The notes: generated by a model from the sequence alone, not told the origin. DNA of 63,768 nt, filler included, from Perkinsus chesapeaki ATCC PRA-425 (GCA_013115145.1; 10 parts of 10 records of this genome joined end to end with filler, not necessarily neighbours in it); one strand, 5' to 3'. Numbered from the whole stretch's first letter, positions 48,314 to 60,443 are shown. Made by a program: numbers and translations.

Positions 48314-49273
48314 ATGTTGCACAATCTGCCAATATCGATCCTACTATTTATCCTGGCTTATACTGCTGTGACCGTTTACCCTAATGACCCCCTTTATGAG
48401 AAATATCAAAGGTCGTATTTCGAGGCTATCAGAGTGCCAGAAGCGTGGAACAAAGCTCGCTCGACAGCTTCCCAGAAACAGGTTACGGTAGCTCTCATAG
48501 ACTCTGGAGTCCAAGCTGACCACGAGGACCTCAAGGGCAATGTCATAACTGGATATAATGTGATGGATAAGAATACTGAAACTCGCGATGGCATTGGACA
48601 TGGGACGGCAATGGCTGGTGTTGTTGGAGCCGTCACCAATAATGATAGAGGTATAAGCGGTGTTGCGAGTCTCATTAAACTGATGCCCATCCGCGTTTAT
48701 GGAAAGATAACTTTCCGTGATTTTTCTGATGCTATCAACTACGCTGTTGATTCAAAGGTTGATCTGATAATCCTAGCCGCTAGTTGGAAAAAGCACAGTG
48801 TCGCCGTTGAGGCTTCCATAACTAAAGCTACTCAGGCTAATATACCACTCATCTGTACCTCTGGCAACCATGGTAAGAATATCTCACTTCCCGGTGAGAC
48901 AAACTACCCTTGTGAATATTCCAAGACATCCGATGGTACTATATGTGTGGCTGGTACGCAGAATGCTGGCATGAAGCTACACCCGAAGAGCAACTATGCA
49001 CCGTTTGTGGATGTAGCCGCACCGGCCAACGTGTACAGCACCACACTGTCTGGTGGCTATAACAGTTTCGCTGGAACCTCGGGCTCTGCTGCTATAGTCG
49101 CTGGTGCTATAGCGATGTTAAAAAGCGTGGCTCCACGTCCCTTGTCCGTCAAAGAGCTCAAGTCTATAATTAAAACTACCAGTTCTCTTGGGGTCAAAAG
49201 CTCTGATGGAAAAACTTCGATGGCATTCGGTAGGATGGATGCTCTCAAGGCTATAGAAATGGTGATCAGATGA
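48314..49273 (+). CDS. Subtilisin-like serine protease (S8), secreted, intronless
   Basis: Signal peptide MLHNLPISILLFILAYTAVT, then YPNDP, LIDSG, GHGT, TSGN and AGTSGSA. Confidence 0.92.
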   Translation: MLHNLPISILLFILAYTAVTVYPNDPLYEKYQRSYFEAIRVPEAWNKARSTASQKQVTVALIDSGVQADHEDLKGNVITGYNVMDKNTETRDGIGHGTAMAGVVGAVTNNDRGISGVASLIKLMPIRVYGKITFRDFSDAINYAVDSKVDLIILAASWKKHSVAVEASITKATQANIPLICTSGNHGKNISLPGETNYPCEYSKTSDGTICVAGTQNAGMKLHPKSNYAPFVDVAAPANVYSTTLSGGYNSFAGTSGSAAIVAGAIAMLKSVAPRPLSVKELKSIIKTTSSLGVKSSDGKTSMAFGRMDALKAIEMVIR

Positions 49274-51486
49274 TACTCTCTGAAGTGACGGTACCTTCCA
49301 ACTTGTCACCGGTACTGGCTAACATTGACCACTGACTTGTGATCGTACCAGAGTGGCCCGCTAACTGGACACTAATCCTTACAGCTTTTGTGTAAAAAAT
49401 GTGCTCCAGTTTCACAAAGTTTTGTTGATTCGACCATGTTAAAATTCTTTAGTGTATCTGCAATATATAGCCGCAATCTCTAATATATTGTCAACGCCGA
49501 TGTCGTCTTATCAGAACGTCTCGCATTTAGTCTTAAATTTCACATGTATTCGAGAGGGTATGTGTAGTAAACTCAACTTTCCTGCTAGAAGCTCGCGAGT
49601 AAGTTAAAGTCAATTAATGTAGCGTCGATGGCGTCAATCTCAGCAATGCCAGCATCAATTCCATGCTGACCGCTAGTAACTGACATCAGTATGACGTTCT
49701 TCCAAACAGTCTGTGAGTCTCTACAGATTAGATTCCAAGTCCAATGATCTGAAATTCAGATTCTGAATTGTCTTAGCAAGTAGTTGCGACTATAAGTTGT
49801 TTGCGACTAAGTTTGACAGATTATTCAAGATAGTGACAGATGATTTGGGGCCTCACTCTATTTTGACGAGTGCTGCACTTATGCATAGCCTAGACACAAG
49901 TGCGCGCGCTCTAGGTTATAAAACAAAAGAGGGGACAGCTCCGGTTAGTCGCGCGAACGACAGTGCTAGTCTCCGACTAGCTCTCAGCGGTTAGTCTGCT
50001 CTGATAGGATATGTGTGTCAGGCTGATAGCGTAGAGCTGCGGACCCTAACTCAGGGTCCCTTGGCCTAAATTCAAATGAAGGGCAATCTACTCCGTAGAG
50101 ACTGTGCTGCGGTTACTGCAGTCCTGGTGTCCTGGGGTTTCCTCCCACTAGCCCCAAACTCACACCTCAGAACATCCTTCAACATAGTCCCCTGGACAAG
50201 CTCATAACGACCGATCAACACAACATAACGGATATTTGTGTAAAAGTGATACTCACTCACGCTCCCAATAACAGTCACTCCTAACAAGTAGCACAAAGAT
50301 TAACCACTGCGCCGTATCTCTACAATTCGTCATAGAAGTTGGCGTATCTTCGAAATTCGGCGAAATCGGCGGCCGAATTTGACAACATTGAGATCACGGT
50401 TGGGAATCCCAACTTGGGATCCTTATGATCTCATATGAGGTCATATTGTGAGTTGACCGTCATACGGATCCCAACAACGCGTCGCGTTGTAAAGCGCACC
50501 AACGCTTTTACAGTGTGATTTACTCGACGTATTCGCCAAAACCGCTAGAAACAATGGGCGAATTGCGAGGACCGACGGATCGCGAATGAAGGTAGAAGGC
50601 TTCCACTAGAAGCAGAAAGCGTCTACGACAACCCCTGGGCGGGCGGGAGGGCCAAGAAAAAGCTGTCGCGAGGCGACCTTGTATCAACCCAGCACAGTAG
50701 CCTAGCAAGCAAGCCTCGTGGAGTAGGCTGGGTACAGCTTCCGATCGCGTCACATTTCGGTATGGCGTACAGCTACCGGGCCACGAGGGCCCGCCCGGAT
50801 ACTCCCCGATTTCACACACTGCGTGTATCGTACTATAAAATTTAAATCTCCATGTCATGGAGTCCATCATGGACTGCCCGTGGTAACGCGTTCCAACCTA
50901 TTCTACGCGTTAACACATTAGTAGTACGGAATTAGTATTAACTTAAGTAGTTAACTTAGTAAAACGCATTTCTCATACAGTACGCACACTCCAGAGACCC
51001 AATTTCGTGTGGAGGGCTCAACTTCTTAACTAGTGCTCATATCAACCTGAAATTTGGCATAGGATCTCTCCTGACACGGGTATATCGTTAAAGTACTCCA
51101 CGGACTTGGTTTTCGAAAGAAAAAAAAGATGTAGTTAAATGTCCGCAATGTGGACTCCACATTGCGGACATTTAACTTGCGGGCCGCATCTGTAAGTTAC
51201 GGCACCGCCAGACGCTGTCACCAAAATTCCATGGAAATGTCACTAAATGGAAGTGGGTAACCAGACCCTGTCACTAGATTTAGCGCGCGCGCGAAAATCT
51301 GTTACTGAGCAAACGCATTGATGTAATGCTCGTTATGCCCTAGGAGTCATAGCAGTTTTCATTGCGTAATGGCACCCCCGGAGCCANNNNNNNNNNNNNN
51401 NNNNNNNNNNNNNNNNNNNNNNNNNNNNNNTTAATTAATTAANNNNNNNNNNNNNNNNNNNNNNNNNNNNNNNNNNNNNNNNNNNN

Positions 51487-52548
51487 AGAAGAACCGGGAA
51501 GAATAAAGTAAGGTACATCCATTTTTACGATCGTTATCCAGCATTTCTCGCCGTTCTTATCTGAACGCACATAATTAATATTACTCATAGTGATGCGAAC
51601 CTCCCCTCCAGGGCCCAAGTTCAGCGTCAACTTCGGCATTGAGCTGTAGTTGCTACAGGAAATTGACCACAGCTTAATTGCTGGCTCCCATACCAGCGGT
51701 TGACTAACCGCTTTAGAGATACCTCCCATAATTGCACCATAATAGAGCGGTGGTACAACCATCATGTTGGTCCCACTATCAAGCAATATGTTCTGGTCAA
51801 TATCGATACGTATATCACCAACCTGCATACTTCTCAATGGTACCATATATTCTGTTGCATCTGTGAACTGCAGATACAGTAATGGGGGCTTGTAGAGGTT
51901 TGGGTCACCGCCACCTAATAAGACTTTGCCAAAATAAATGTCCCTGTTGGGAGCTTTCACATTAAAGTAAATAGCGAAAGTTCTGCTGTTCACCATTTTG
52001 GGATTCTTATCAATCAATTGGTAGAGCAGCGGGGGGAAACCGCCTTCGTGTTGACGTCCCAAACCGAGTATATTGAAAACCGGGAATACATAAGGTGGAG
52101 GGTCTTGGCCAAACACAAGCTCGAACTTTATTTCACCTACGTCCACAGACCCTATCTTAAAGTCATCTTTATGCTCGAAGATCTCTACGTGTCTACCATC
52201 TAAGAAAGTTTCAACACGAGTAGCGGCATGCCGATGATCACACTCTGTCTTGCATACATAGCAACCAGCGTATAAGTTAGCACATGAATAAGGGCCCATG
52301 ACAGAGTCATACCATTCACTCTGGATTAAATGGAATGCACGGGCGCCAGTATCCACCGTCAACCATAACCCCATGTCCTTGAGGTGACAGTATGGGTTAA
52401 AGTAGGATTCATAACCAGGTAAGCTTCCGAGAAAAGCATCAAGCTCAATCACTTGCCCGCCTCCAACTGGTAGGATAGCCGAACCCAGAATTGCAAACAT
52501 GCATGAAGCAGTCCACATAAAGTAGAGCAGAGAGCCATAAGTGCACAT
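51487..52548 (-). CDS. Pepsin-like aspartyl protease (A1), C-terminus in gap
   Basis: Two catalytic motifs, LTVDTG and LLDSGT, plus ILGLG and LLGG. Signal-like N-terminus from ATG 52548. Confidence 0.9.
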
Positions 52549-55500
52549 GGTTCTCTGATAGATGCTTTGATTGATACATATTCGCTGATAAAGATAGGCT
52601 TGAAAGAGGGCGAGTATTAAATGACTATTACTCATTATTATGATACCATCAATGAGAATTCAGGAATTATTCACGGAGCCCGTGACGCGCCATGTGTTAC
52701 TGCGTGCTTAAAGACTTAGGTACTCATCAGATCCAGAGTCTGACCCACAGTTACACCGTATACGTTTACTATACGTGTTATATCGTTCACTCGTATACCC
52801 CTGCTACGGCTCATAATAAAACCGCATGAGCCTACTTTCAATTAGTTATTTTCAGTTGGACTATTCTCAATGCCGCTCACGTATCCGCTCTATTCTTCGT
52901 CAACGTGTAAAGGTCTGCTGGCTCTTGCGTGACTCGCTGAGGGGCTCCCCTGGAAAAGGTGGTCTCCATAAAATGGAGAAGTGGTAAGATCTCCAAGGTC
53001 TTCATGGAGGAGAGCTTTTCAGCCTACCTTGAAGGGAGTGGGCCAGTCGGTTCTATTCGTGCTCGTGCGCATCAGCTCGACTTCAAATCTGACAGTCTTA
53101 ATCTGTTAACTCGGCAAGGCTCCTCCGCTCTGTCAGGCCTGGCGCGTCACTTTCTACGAGCTGGTGTCGCGGTATCAGTTGACGAACTCCGGAGAGTAAC
53201 ACAACAAAGGAGCTTGAGCCAGTTGAGGGATATTTCGCAGCAAAATGTCGACAAGCTATCTCTGGAAGAGTGTGTAAAAGCTCGGCATCAACTTGAGTGT
53301 ATGAAGGGCGGGTGGTTCCACACATGAGCATCGAAATAGTTTTCCCGATTTCCGGCAGCGCTTGCGAATGGCTCCGCTGGAGCCTATTATGTCCAAAACT
53401 AATTTCAAGTTATCGGTCAGAAGCAGAATCCTTGCAGGAGAAACATCGCGGAACGAAATGAAAAAGTGATGATGGAAGTTCATAGCCGGATGTACCTGTC
53501 ACGCCTTCTGATGTAACACACGTTGCCCGTTGTTACACGTGTACTTCTGATAGACATGGATCACACGTAAGCAAGTCACGCGCCATAGTGATTATGGCGC
53601 AAGTCAGGCGTTACAGGTTGTTTTGAAGATACTGTAAGGAACTGGTGTTCGTATGAAAGGCAATGCCTTTTATCACTTCAGTCTCGGTTGTGGGCTCCTA
53701 GTAGGAGCCTCCTACTGCTTACGCCGTGAATAATTCACGGTTAATTTTACGGGCACAGACGGTACCGTATCCTCAGTAGCTAAAAAGCCTAGGTGAGGTA
53801 CTCTCGCGACAAGACTTGTAACCGTTCTCTTTCCGCACGTAAACCCTAGTAGGGGTTTACGTGTGTGGCATCCNNNNNNNNNNNNNNNNNNNNNNNNNNN
53901 NNNNNNNNNNNNNNNNNTTAATTAATTAANNNNNNNNNNNNNNNNNNNNNNNNNNNNNNNNNNNNNNNNNNNNAGCGGAGACTCGCTATGAGGGAAATTG
54001 ATCACCTTATCCACATAATCCTCTCAACTAAGATCATCACTTCCAAAATCCCAGTAACTGGTCCCCTGCTGCACCTCGTTATGGATCCGCCCTGTGGTTT
54101 TACGTCTTTCTTCTAACATGCCGCTCGCCTTCGTCTTCTGCCAGCCTTTGACCTGACTCGCTTCCTCGCCCTGGTCGACTTGGGTGTTTCCGACATTAAC
54201 CCAGGTAGGAGGTAAACGGGGGAAAAATGCGGACTGCACAAAGTGAAATACCTTAAGTATTACCAGACACAAACCCACACAACAAAAGGGGTCTAGTTAG
54301 ACCGCTTTCGCTTGCCACCGTCTTTGCCGTCCAGACCACATTAGAAGAGTTAACATGTTGTGACGGAGGGGAGAAACATATTGCTTTGGCCAGGAGAGGG
54401 CATATATTCTCCGGGAACTTCCAACTGACCGAAAGGGGTCTAGAACCTTTACCTTTGCTTTCGCCCTTACCCTTACCCCTTGCTTCACCACTCGCCACTG
54501 GACCGGAATACCACTTGCGGCACGCGAGCTCATTGCCGATATACAACATAGATCAGAGGTCGCGAACTCTTCTGCCCTCGATAGGACGGACACGACCGCC
54601 TCAGTATATGACATATTCTCCTTGGCAGCAAGCTGGTGTGCTAGGACTCCGAGACGGCCACGAAAGTTACGTTCAACCCGAAGACACACCGAATCGCCGG
54701 ACATCATGTACACCTTCGCTAGATAACATACAGTCTGGTCAAAAAAATTGTCCAGCGCCGATCTGAATGTGATGTAGATCGAGTTTGAGGATGAAAATGG
54801 TAGCACTAGATCAGGAGAAATTTGTTGCTCTTTCCATTGGTATACGAATCATTTGCGCACGGGCCCTATCCCCTGAGAGATTAGAATCTTAAAAAATTTC
54901 TGGCGGCCCAACGTGAATTATGAACCTTAATCTCGCATTTCTCCGCGACCTGATCGAATCTGATATCACCCAAGACACCGTTGTAATCAAGATGGCATGC
55001 GCTTTCGATTGGTGCTTGAACCTTTCGGAGCTTTTTGAAACTTCACCAACTCCGGGAGGTTCAAGCACCAATGTTTCATGTGTACCAATCGTTAACATTC
55101 CCCTTTTACCACCGGTGGCATCCACCACAGCTTGCAGCTCAGTTTCNNNNNNNNNNNNNNNNNNNNNNNNNNNNNNNNNNNNNNNNNNNNTTAATTAATT
55201 AANNNNNNNNNNNNNNNNNNNNNNNNNNNNNNNNNNNNNNNNNNNNGGACGGACGCACGCACACGAACGACCGCGCACTGCAATATAAGCTCCGCTCGCT
55301 TCGCTCGCTCCGCAATTAAAAGGCTTCTATTGGTTATAAACGTATGCATGTTTTCTCGTATTTTTTATCGCGGAGCTTGTCAGTGGAAAGTTTATTATAT
55401 AGCATATTATATTGTATATATTTCATAAGAATTTTATGCTAATTTTTGCTTTCTCGGTCTATTAATATATTTTGCGTTGGATTTATTATGTATACTATAT

Positions 55501-55589
55501 ATGCGAGTTCGGCTTTCATCGATTGTATATATTTATGTATCTATTTTTTATATAGCATTGATCGAAATTCACGATCTGACGCTTATCGA

Positions 55590-57689
55590 TTCAATATATG
55601 AATTATAATGCTACGCGGATTTCCTAGCCCATATCTTCCCCCAGTGATATGATTTACCTTCATCAGGTGTCCACTTCCGCACGAATAAATCTCGTAGCCT
55701 CACCCAATCTCTTCTACTCCAAGCTGCTCCCATGAGGTCAAGGTCGCGGTTTACGGCTTTCCATATGTTGGATGGTAGTCGAGGTGTTGCTTTCGCCTTC
55801 TTAGCTCGCTGCTTGGCATGATAATAGCAGCTTATTATCCTCGCATTGCCCCAAACCTCCTTTACAGCATTGTGAAGCGCATCTGAACCATCCATGACCA
55901 CCTCTTCAGGTACAGCTTCGGTGATATCCAAGGCTTCGGCCGCCTGGGTCAACTTACGCAGTGCAAAGGATACTGAGGACGCTGATTCGCTCTTCAAAAG
56001 TACAATTCCCACCGGTTTAGCTACCTCACCATAAGGCAAGGCGCAAACAACTAGGATGACCATCTCGCCGTAAATTATATTGTAGGTCCCGTCGAGCCCA
56101 ACGGTTTTGCAGTTCTTCAAATTGCTCAACATACGAGCACTTGTGAAGACCGCGGCGAAATGGTGCAGTTCCAGTTTGCCATCCTCCTTGGGTAGCTTCT
56201 CACAAAGAACGTCGTCGAGCAATATGCACTTCTCACCTTCCCGAACCACCATTTCAAGATCACCATCAGTCTGGAGTGATGTACCGACCCTTGTGAGGCT
56301 GTCGACCACTGAGGAGAAGGTCTCCTTCAGCTGAGAGGGAACATACCGTAGGCTTTCGATCTGTCTCACAAACATATCAACGCTCAGGCTACCCTTTCCG
56401 TTCTCCACCAGAGATCTGTAAGCTCCCTGTACCTTACTAAACTTCTGGAGGCCTTTCTCGGCTATGAATTGGAGAGTTGAAGGAAGATACTTAGCAGCCA
56501 GATAACGCTCATCAGATTTCTCTCGGAGTTCTTTAAGAGTAGAATCTGGTCGCCGATGCAGCTCTTCTGCCCAGTGATCGCAGACGTCTGGTGGTACATA
56601 TGAGCTTCTGCACGTTTCAGTGCCATATAGGTGTTGGTGATCGCGCCACTCCTGGAGTGTTGCAGGTACCGTTCGCAAAGGGTAGAAGTAACAGCGGCCA
56701 TCAATCATTTTCACATAAACCTCTCTGCATTGGCAAACATGCTCAGGCCACAGGCGCCAGTCTGGGCGTGCTCGCTGAGTTGGTACCTTCCCTTCAATTC
56801 TGGTAGAAATAGATCGTTCGCATTCCAAGACGCATTGCCTTCTCCCATACTTCAGGTGCTGAACGGTCATCCCCTTCACTCTGAAGTGAGGGTTTTTCCC
56901 GAGATATCGCTTCAACACTGGATAAATATGTCCCTTGTAGATGACGAAGGGATCCATGCCATATTTATCATTAGCTGGACCAGGTGGAGGACCTACTGGT
57001 AACTCTTCGTGGAGGCTAACTGCATCGTCCTCTTCATCAGAGTCCTCTTCTTGTGCAGCTTCCTCTACGAGGTTATCCTGAGGAACAGCCTGCTCATCGG
57101 TTTCGTCAGTGCCAGCATAGCTGTGCTCTTCTACGTCGACCCCATTGGCTTCAAGGTGTGGTTCAGGACTAACAGGGAGGCGTGTTTCTTGAGGTGGCTG
57201 TTCACAAGGCTGAGGTTCAAGTGACGAGCGGGAGGGGGCTTGCTCTCTCACCGATTCTTGTATCAGTTGCTCCAAGCGCTCCTCGTCAAACTCATCATGT
57301 GTGAGGTTCAAACATTCATGAAGAGACTGGTAGAACTTCGTCTGGGTGGCCATCGGCGTCTGCGAAATCTTCTGGAACACCGTAGGCCGCATCATGCAGT
57401 ATACCACTGGGTTAGTGAATTGCTTTTGGCAAGAACCGCGGAGTGATGAGAAATGAAGAGTGAGAGCTAACAGCTGGATACGGTCCTCGACCACGGTACC
57501 GAGTTGCTCTATTTTGTTTTCAACTTGCAGGAAATGATCACGAGCCAAGTAGTTTTCATGATCGCTCGGTGGTACCGAATTTGTGTTCAGGCCGTTGCGC
57601 TGTATTGGCTCCGGCATTACTGGCTCCTCATAAGCAAGCCAATTCTGCATCCTGCACAAGGCATCGAAGTCAGCGGCCTCCGGGTCCAT
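55590..57689 (-). mobile_element. Mutator-like (MULE) DDE transposase region
   Basis: VGLDGTY (D1), VVMDGSDALHNAVKEVW (D2), SCYYH (CxxH), and an upstream CxC..HxH finger. After the TAG at 55611 the frame continues HYNSYIES (possible third acidic residue). Confidence 0.88.
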
Positions 57690-59276
57690 GAAGAAGATTG
57701 GCTGTAGGAGGCTTGGGTCCGTGCAGTTCTCTGCGGATGAACGCGGATTTTGGAGCTGTCACCGACTCGGCTCAATATCGTATAGGTAGCACCAGCCAAC
57801 CACGGAGCAGACCAGTAGTCACTTATGCGATTGTCTTGTTCAGGCGGTACTCCTTTGAACGGGAGTTGCACCCATACACCCTGCAGGGTAGCTCCTACGA
57901 TTTTGTGGGCAGTTACCGCTGCGCAAAGAGTGAGTGGGATTTGGTCCCTAGTGAATAGCACGTCCCCCGTAGGTCCATGGACGTCGAAGCGCTGGCGTCT
58001 AAGCGAGACCACAGTCCCTTCACCATCGAACCTCACCTTGACCACTGGTTCCTCACCGTAGAACATTATATCAACTACTTCACCAAGCATACCGTTGGTA
58101 AACCGTTTGGCAGGGTCGTTGACACTAGCCATTACACGGCAGCCTTTCTTCAGCTGTATGGTAGATTTGAAGCCCATTGCGTCGACGTCAGCAAATGAAA
58201 AGCTGCTCCCTAATGGGCGGCATACGGTATCTGTAGCTCTCACTGTGTATTCTTCTCCTGGAAGGGCTTCCAGATGTTGCTTGTTGTACTCATCTGCTTG
58301 GCGGTTGGTGAGGCGAATAGTGGTGTGAGGGAACCTGAGGTGACAGCCGGTTTCTAATAGAAGCTTTCTATAATTCTGGTCAACGAGACGGTATATCCCA
58401 CCTCGGTGGTCTGGCTCCTCCATCGCGATCACGGATGGTGTTCAAGATCTTCATAGAGCTTTCCGAGAATTGAGGTAATCCAGCTCTGATTCTTGGTGCA
58501 CTTCGTATTTCAGCTAGGAGCTTCAAGTAGGGACTGTCTTGCCCGCGATGAAACGACGTAAGGTACATGACCACCGGCCTCATCGCTCGCCAAGAGTCAG
58601 CCTTCCAGCACGGCCCCGTCGGATACTCCGTGGGCGGGTATGCGGGGGACTTGTCGTACAACTCCACGCGTCCAATCTGGCAAGGGTCACCACTGAGGAT
58701 TACTGGCACTCCTCCAAATGGCAAGCTTGACGAGCTGGGCATGACGCTGGCGATCGCGCTTGAGAGAGAGTCGAGGACCACATCGTGTAAGGCAACAACC
58801 TCGTCGATAATCACCACGACCTGCCTCGCGTTGTCGAAGATCTTCTTGTTCTTCAGATATGCGACNNNNNNNNNNNNNNNNNNNNNNNNNNNNNNNNNNN
58901 NNNNNNNNNNNNNNNNNNNNNNNNNNNNNNNNNNNNNNNNNNNNNNNNNNNNNNNNNNNNNNACTATCCGTCTGCGCAACTCGTCCTGGCAGCGCATGTA
59001 TGAGTTGTCGCCAACGAGGCCAGACCATGCGAAGCTTAGGCCACAGAATGCCATCACAGTCTCACCTCCACGAAGCTGTCTCGCTGCTGTACCCGTCCAC
59101 GTTACGACCACGGGGAAGCAGTTTGGGGGAAGAGAGTCAATGAGCGAGTTAAGGAGATATGTTTTTCATGTTCCCGCGAAACCTGTTATATACGTGTAGC
59201 AGTTTCCAGGAGCTCCTTCACCAATTTTCTCCAAAATGTAGTCTTGAACCCGCTTCTGCTTATGGTCAAGGGCCAT
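57617..59276 (-). pseudogene. Pif1-family (SF1B) DNA helicase, disrupted, directly 5' of the MULE transposase
   Basis: ITGFAGT-stop-KT (Walker A), TGTAARQLRGGET, IIDE, FGGVPVILSGDPCQ, TNRQADEYN, QIPLTLCAAVTAHKIVGATL, GATYTILSRV. One nonsense codon and two frame changes. Confidence 0.92.
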
Positions 59277-59559
59277 AGATTTGCTGTGTAACAACGCGTT
59301 TACTAATGCTGCGAGGAGTATGGCTATGTCTTGCCAGCCTAGTGGTTGTCCTGAATATTTGCCTTTCATTTTTTGAAACGGTCGCGCGTCACCGGCCGTT
59401 TCATGCGCATGCTTCGGTGTGGTCGTAGAATGTCTCGTTATTGTTCGAAAAGTGCCGAGTTCTCGTCCCAGTGCCGTCAATTTCTTTTGCCGAGATAGAG
59501 GGGAACAACTAGTGAAACTGCTAACGTCACTGCAACTGTTGTAGACTACAACTTGTAGT

Positions 59560-60342
59560 ACAACAACTCCAGCTACCCCTCAAGCACTCTTACCACAACA
59601 ACTCTTACCACAACAACTCCTACTACAACTCTTTCCCCCAACAACTCTTCCCCCCCCTACAACTCTTACCACAACAACTCCTAATACAACTCTTTCCCCC
59701 AACAACTCTTATCACAACAACTCTTTCCCCCAACAACTCTTTCCCCCAACAACTCTTCCCCCCCCTACAACTCTTACCACAACAACTCCTACTACAACTC
59801 TTTCCCCCAACAACTCTTATCACAACAACTCTTTCCCCCAACAACTCTTCCCCCCTACAACTCTTACCAGAACAAATCTTACCACAACAACTCTTACCAC
59901 AACGACTATAACCACAACAAATCTTACCACAACAAATCTTACCACAACAACTCTTACCACAACAACTCTTACCACAACAAACCTTACCAGAACAACTCTT
60001 ACCACAACAACTCTTACCACAACAACTCTTACCACAACAACTCTTACCACAACAACTCTTTCCCCCAACAACTCTTCCCCCCCTACAACTCTTACCAGAA
60101 CAACTCTTACCACAACAACTCCTACTACAACTCTTTTCCCCAACAACTCTTTCCCCCAACAACTCTTCCCCCCCCTACAACTCTTACCAGAACAACTCTT
60201 ACCACAACAACTCCTACTACAACTCTTTCCCCCAACAACTCTTATCACAACAGCTCTTACCACAGCAACTCTTACCAGAACAACTCTCACCACAACAACT
60301 CCTACTACAACTCTTTCCGCCAACACCTCTAACCCCAACAAT
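59560..60342 (+). repeat. Degenerate ~15-bp tandem array (acaacaactcttacc / acaactctttccccc), truncated by gap
   Basis: About 50 variant units with higher-order blocks. Confidence 0.95.
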
Positions 60343-60443
60343 TNNNNNNNNNNNNNNNNNNNNNNNNNNNNNNNNNNNNNNNNNNNNTTAATTAATTAAN
60401 NNNNNNNNNNNNNNNNNNNNNNNNNNNNNNNNNNNNNNNNNNN

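Noticed and set aside
52959-55146. Several 75-170 aa ORFs on both strands
   Set aside because: No recognisable domain or consistent splice model. Probably decayed repeats.
59166-59168. Stop-codon reassignment or read-through at the Walker A TGA
   Set aside because: GGA>TGA is a single substitution, the same element has frameshifts, and other genes in the window use TGA as a normal stop.
59623-60341. Cys-rich (KSCCG)n and Val-rich (RVVVV)n ORFs
   Set aside because: Translations of a 15-bp non-coding array in stop-free frames. No unique coding flanks.
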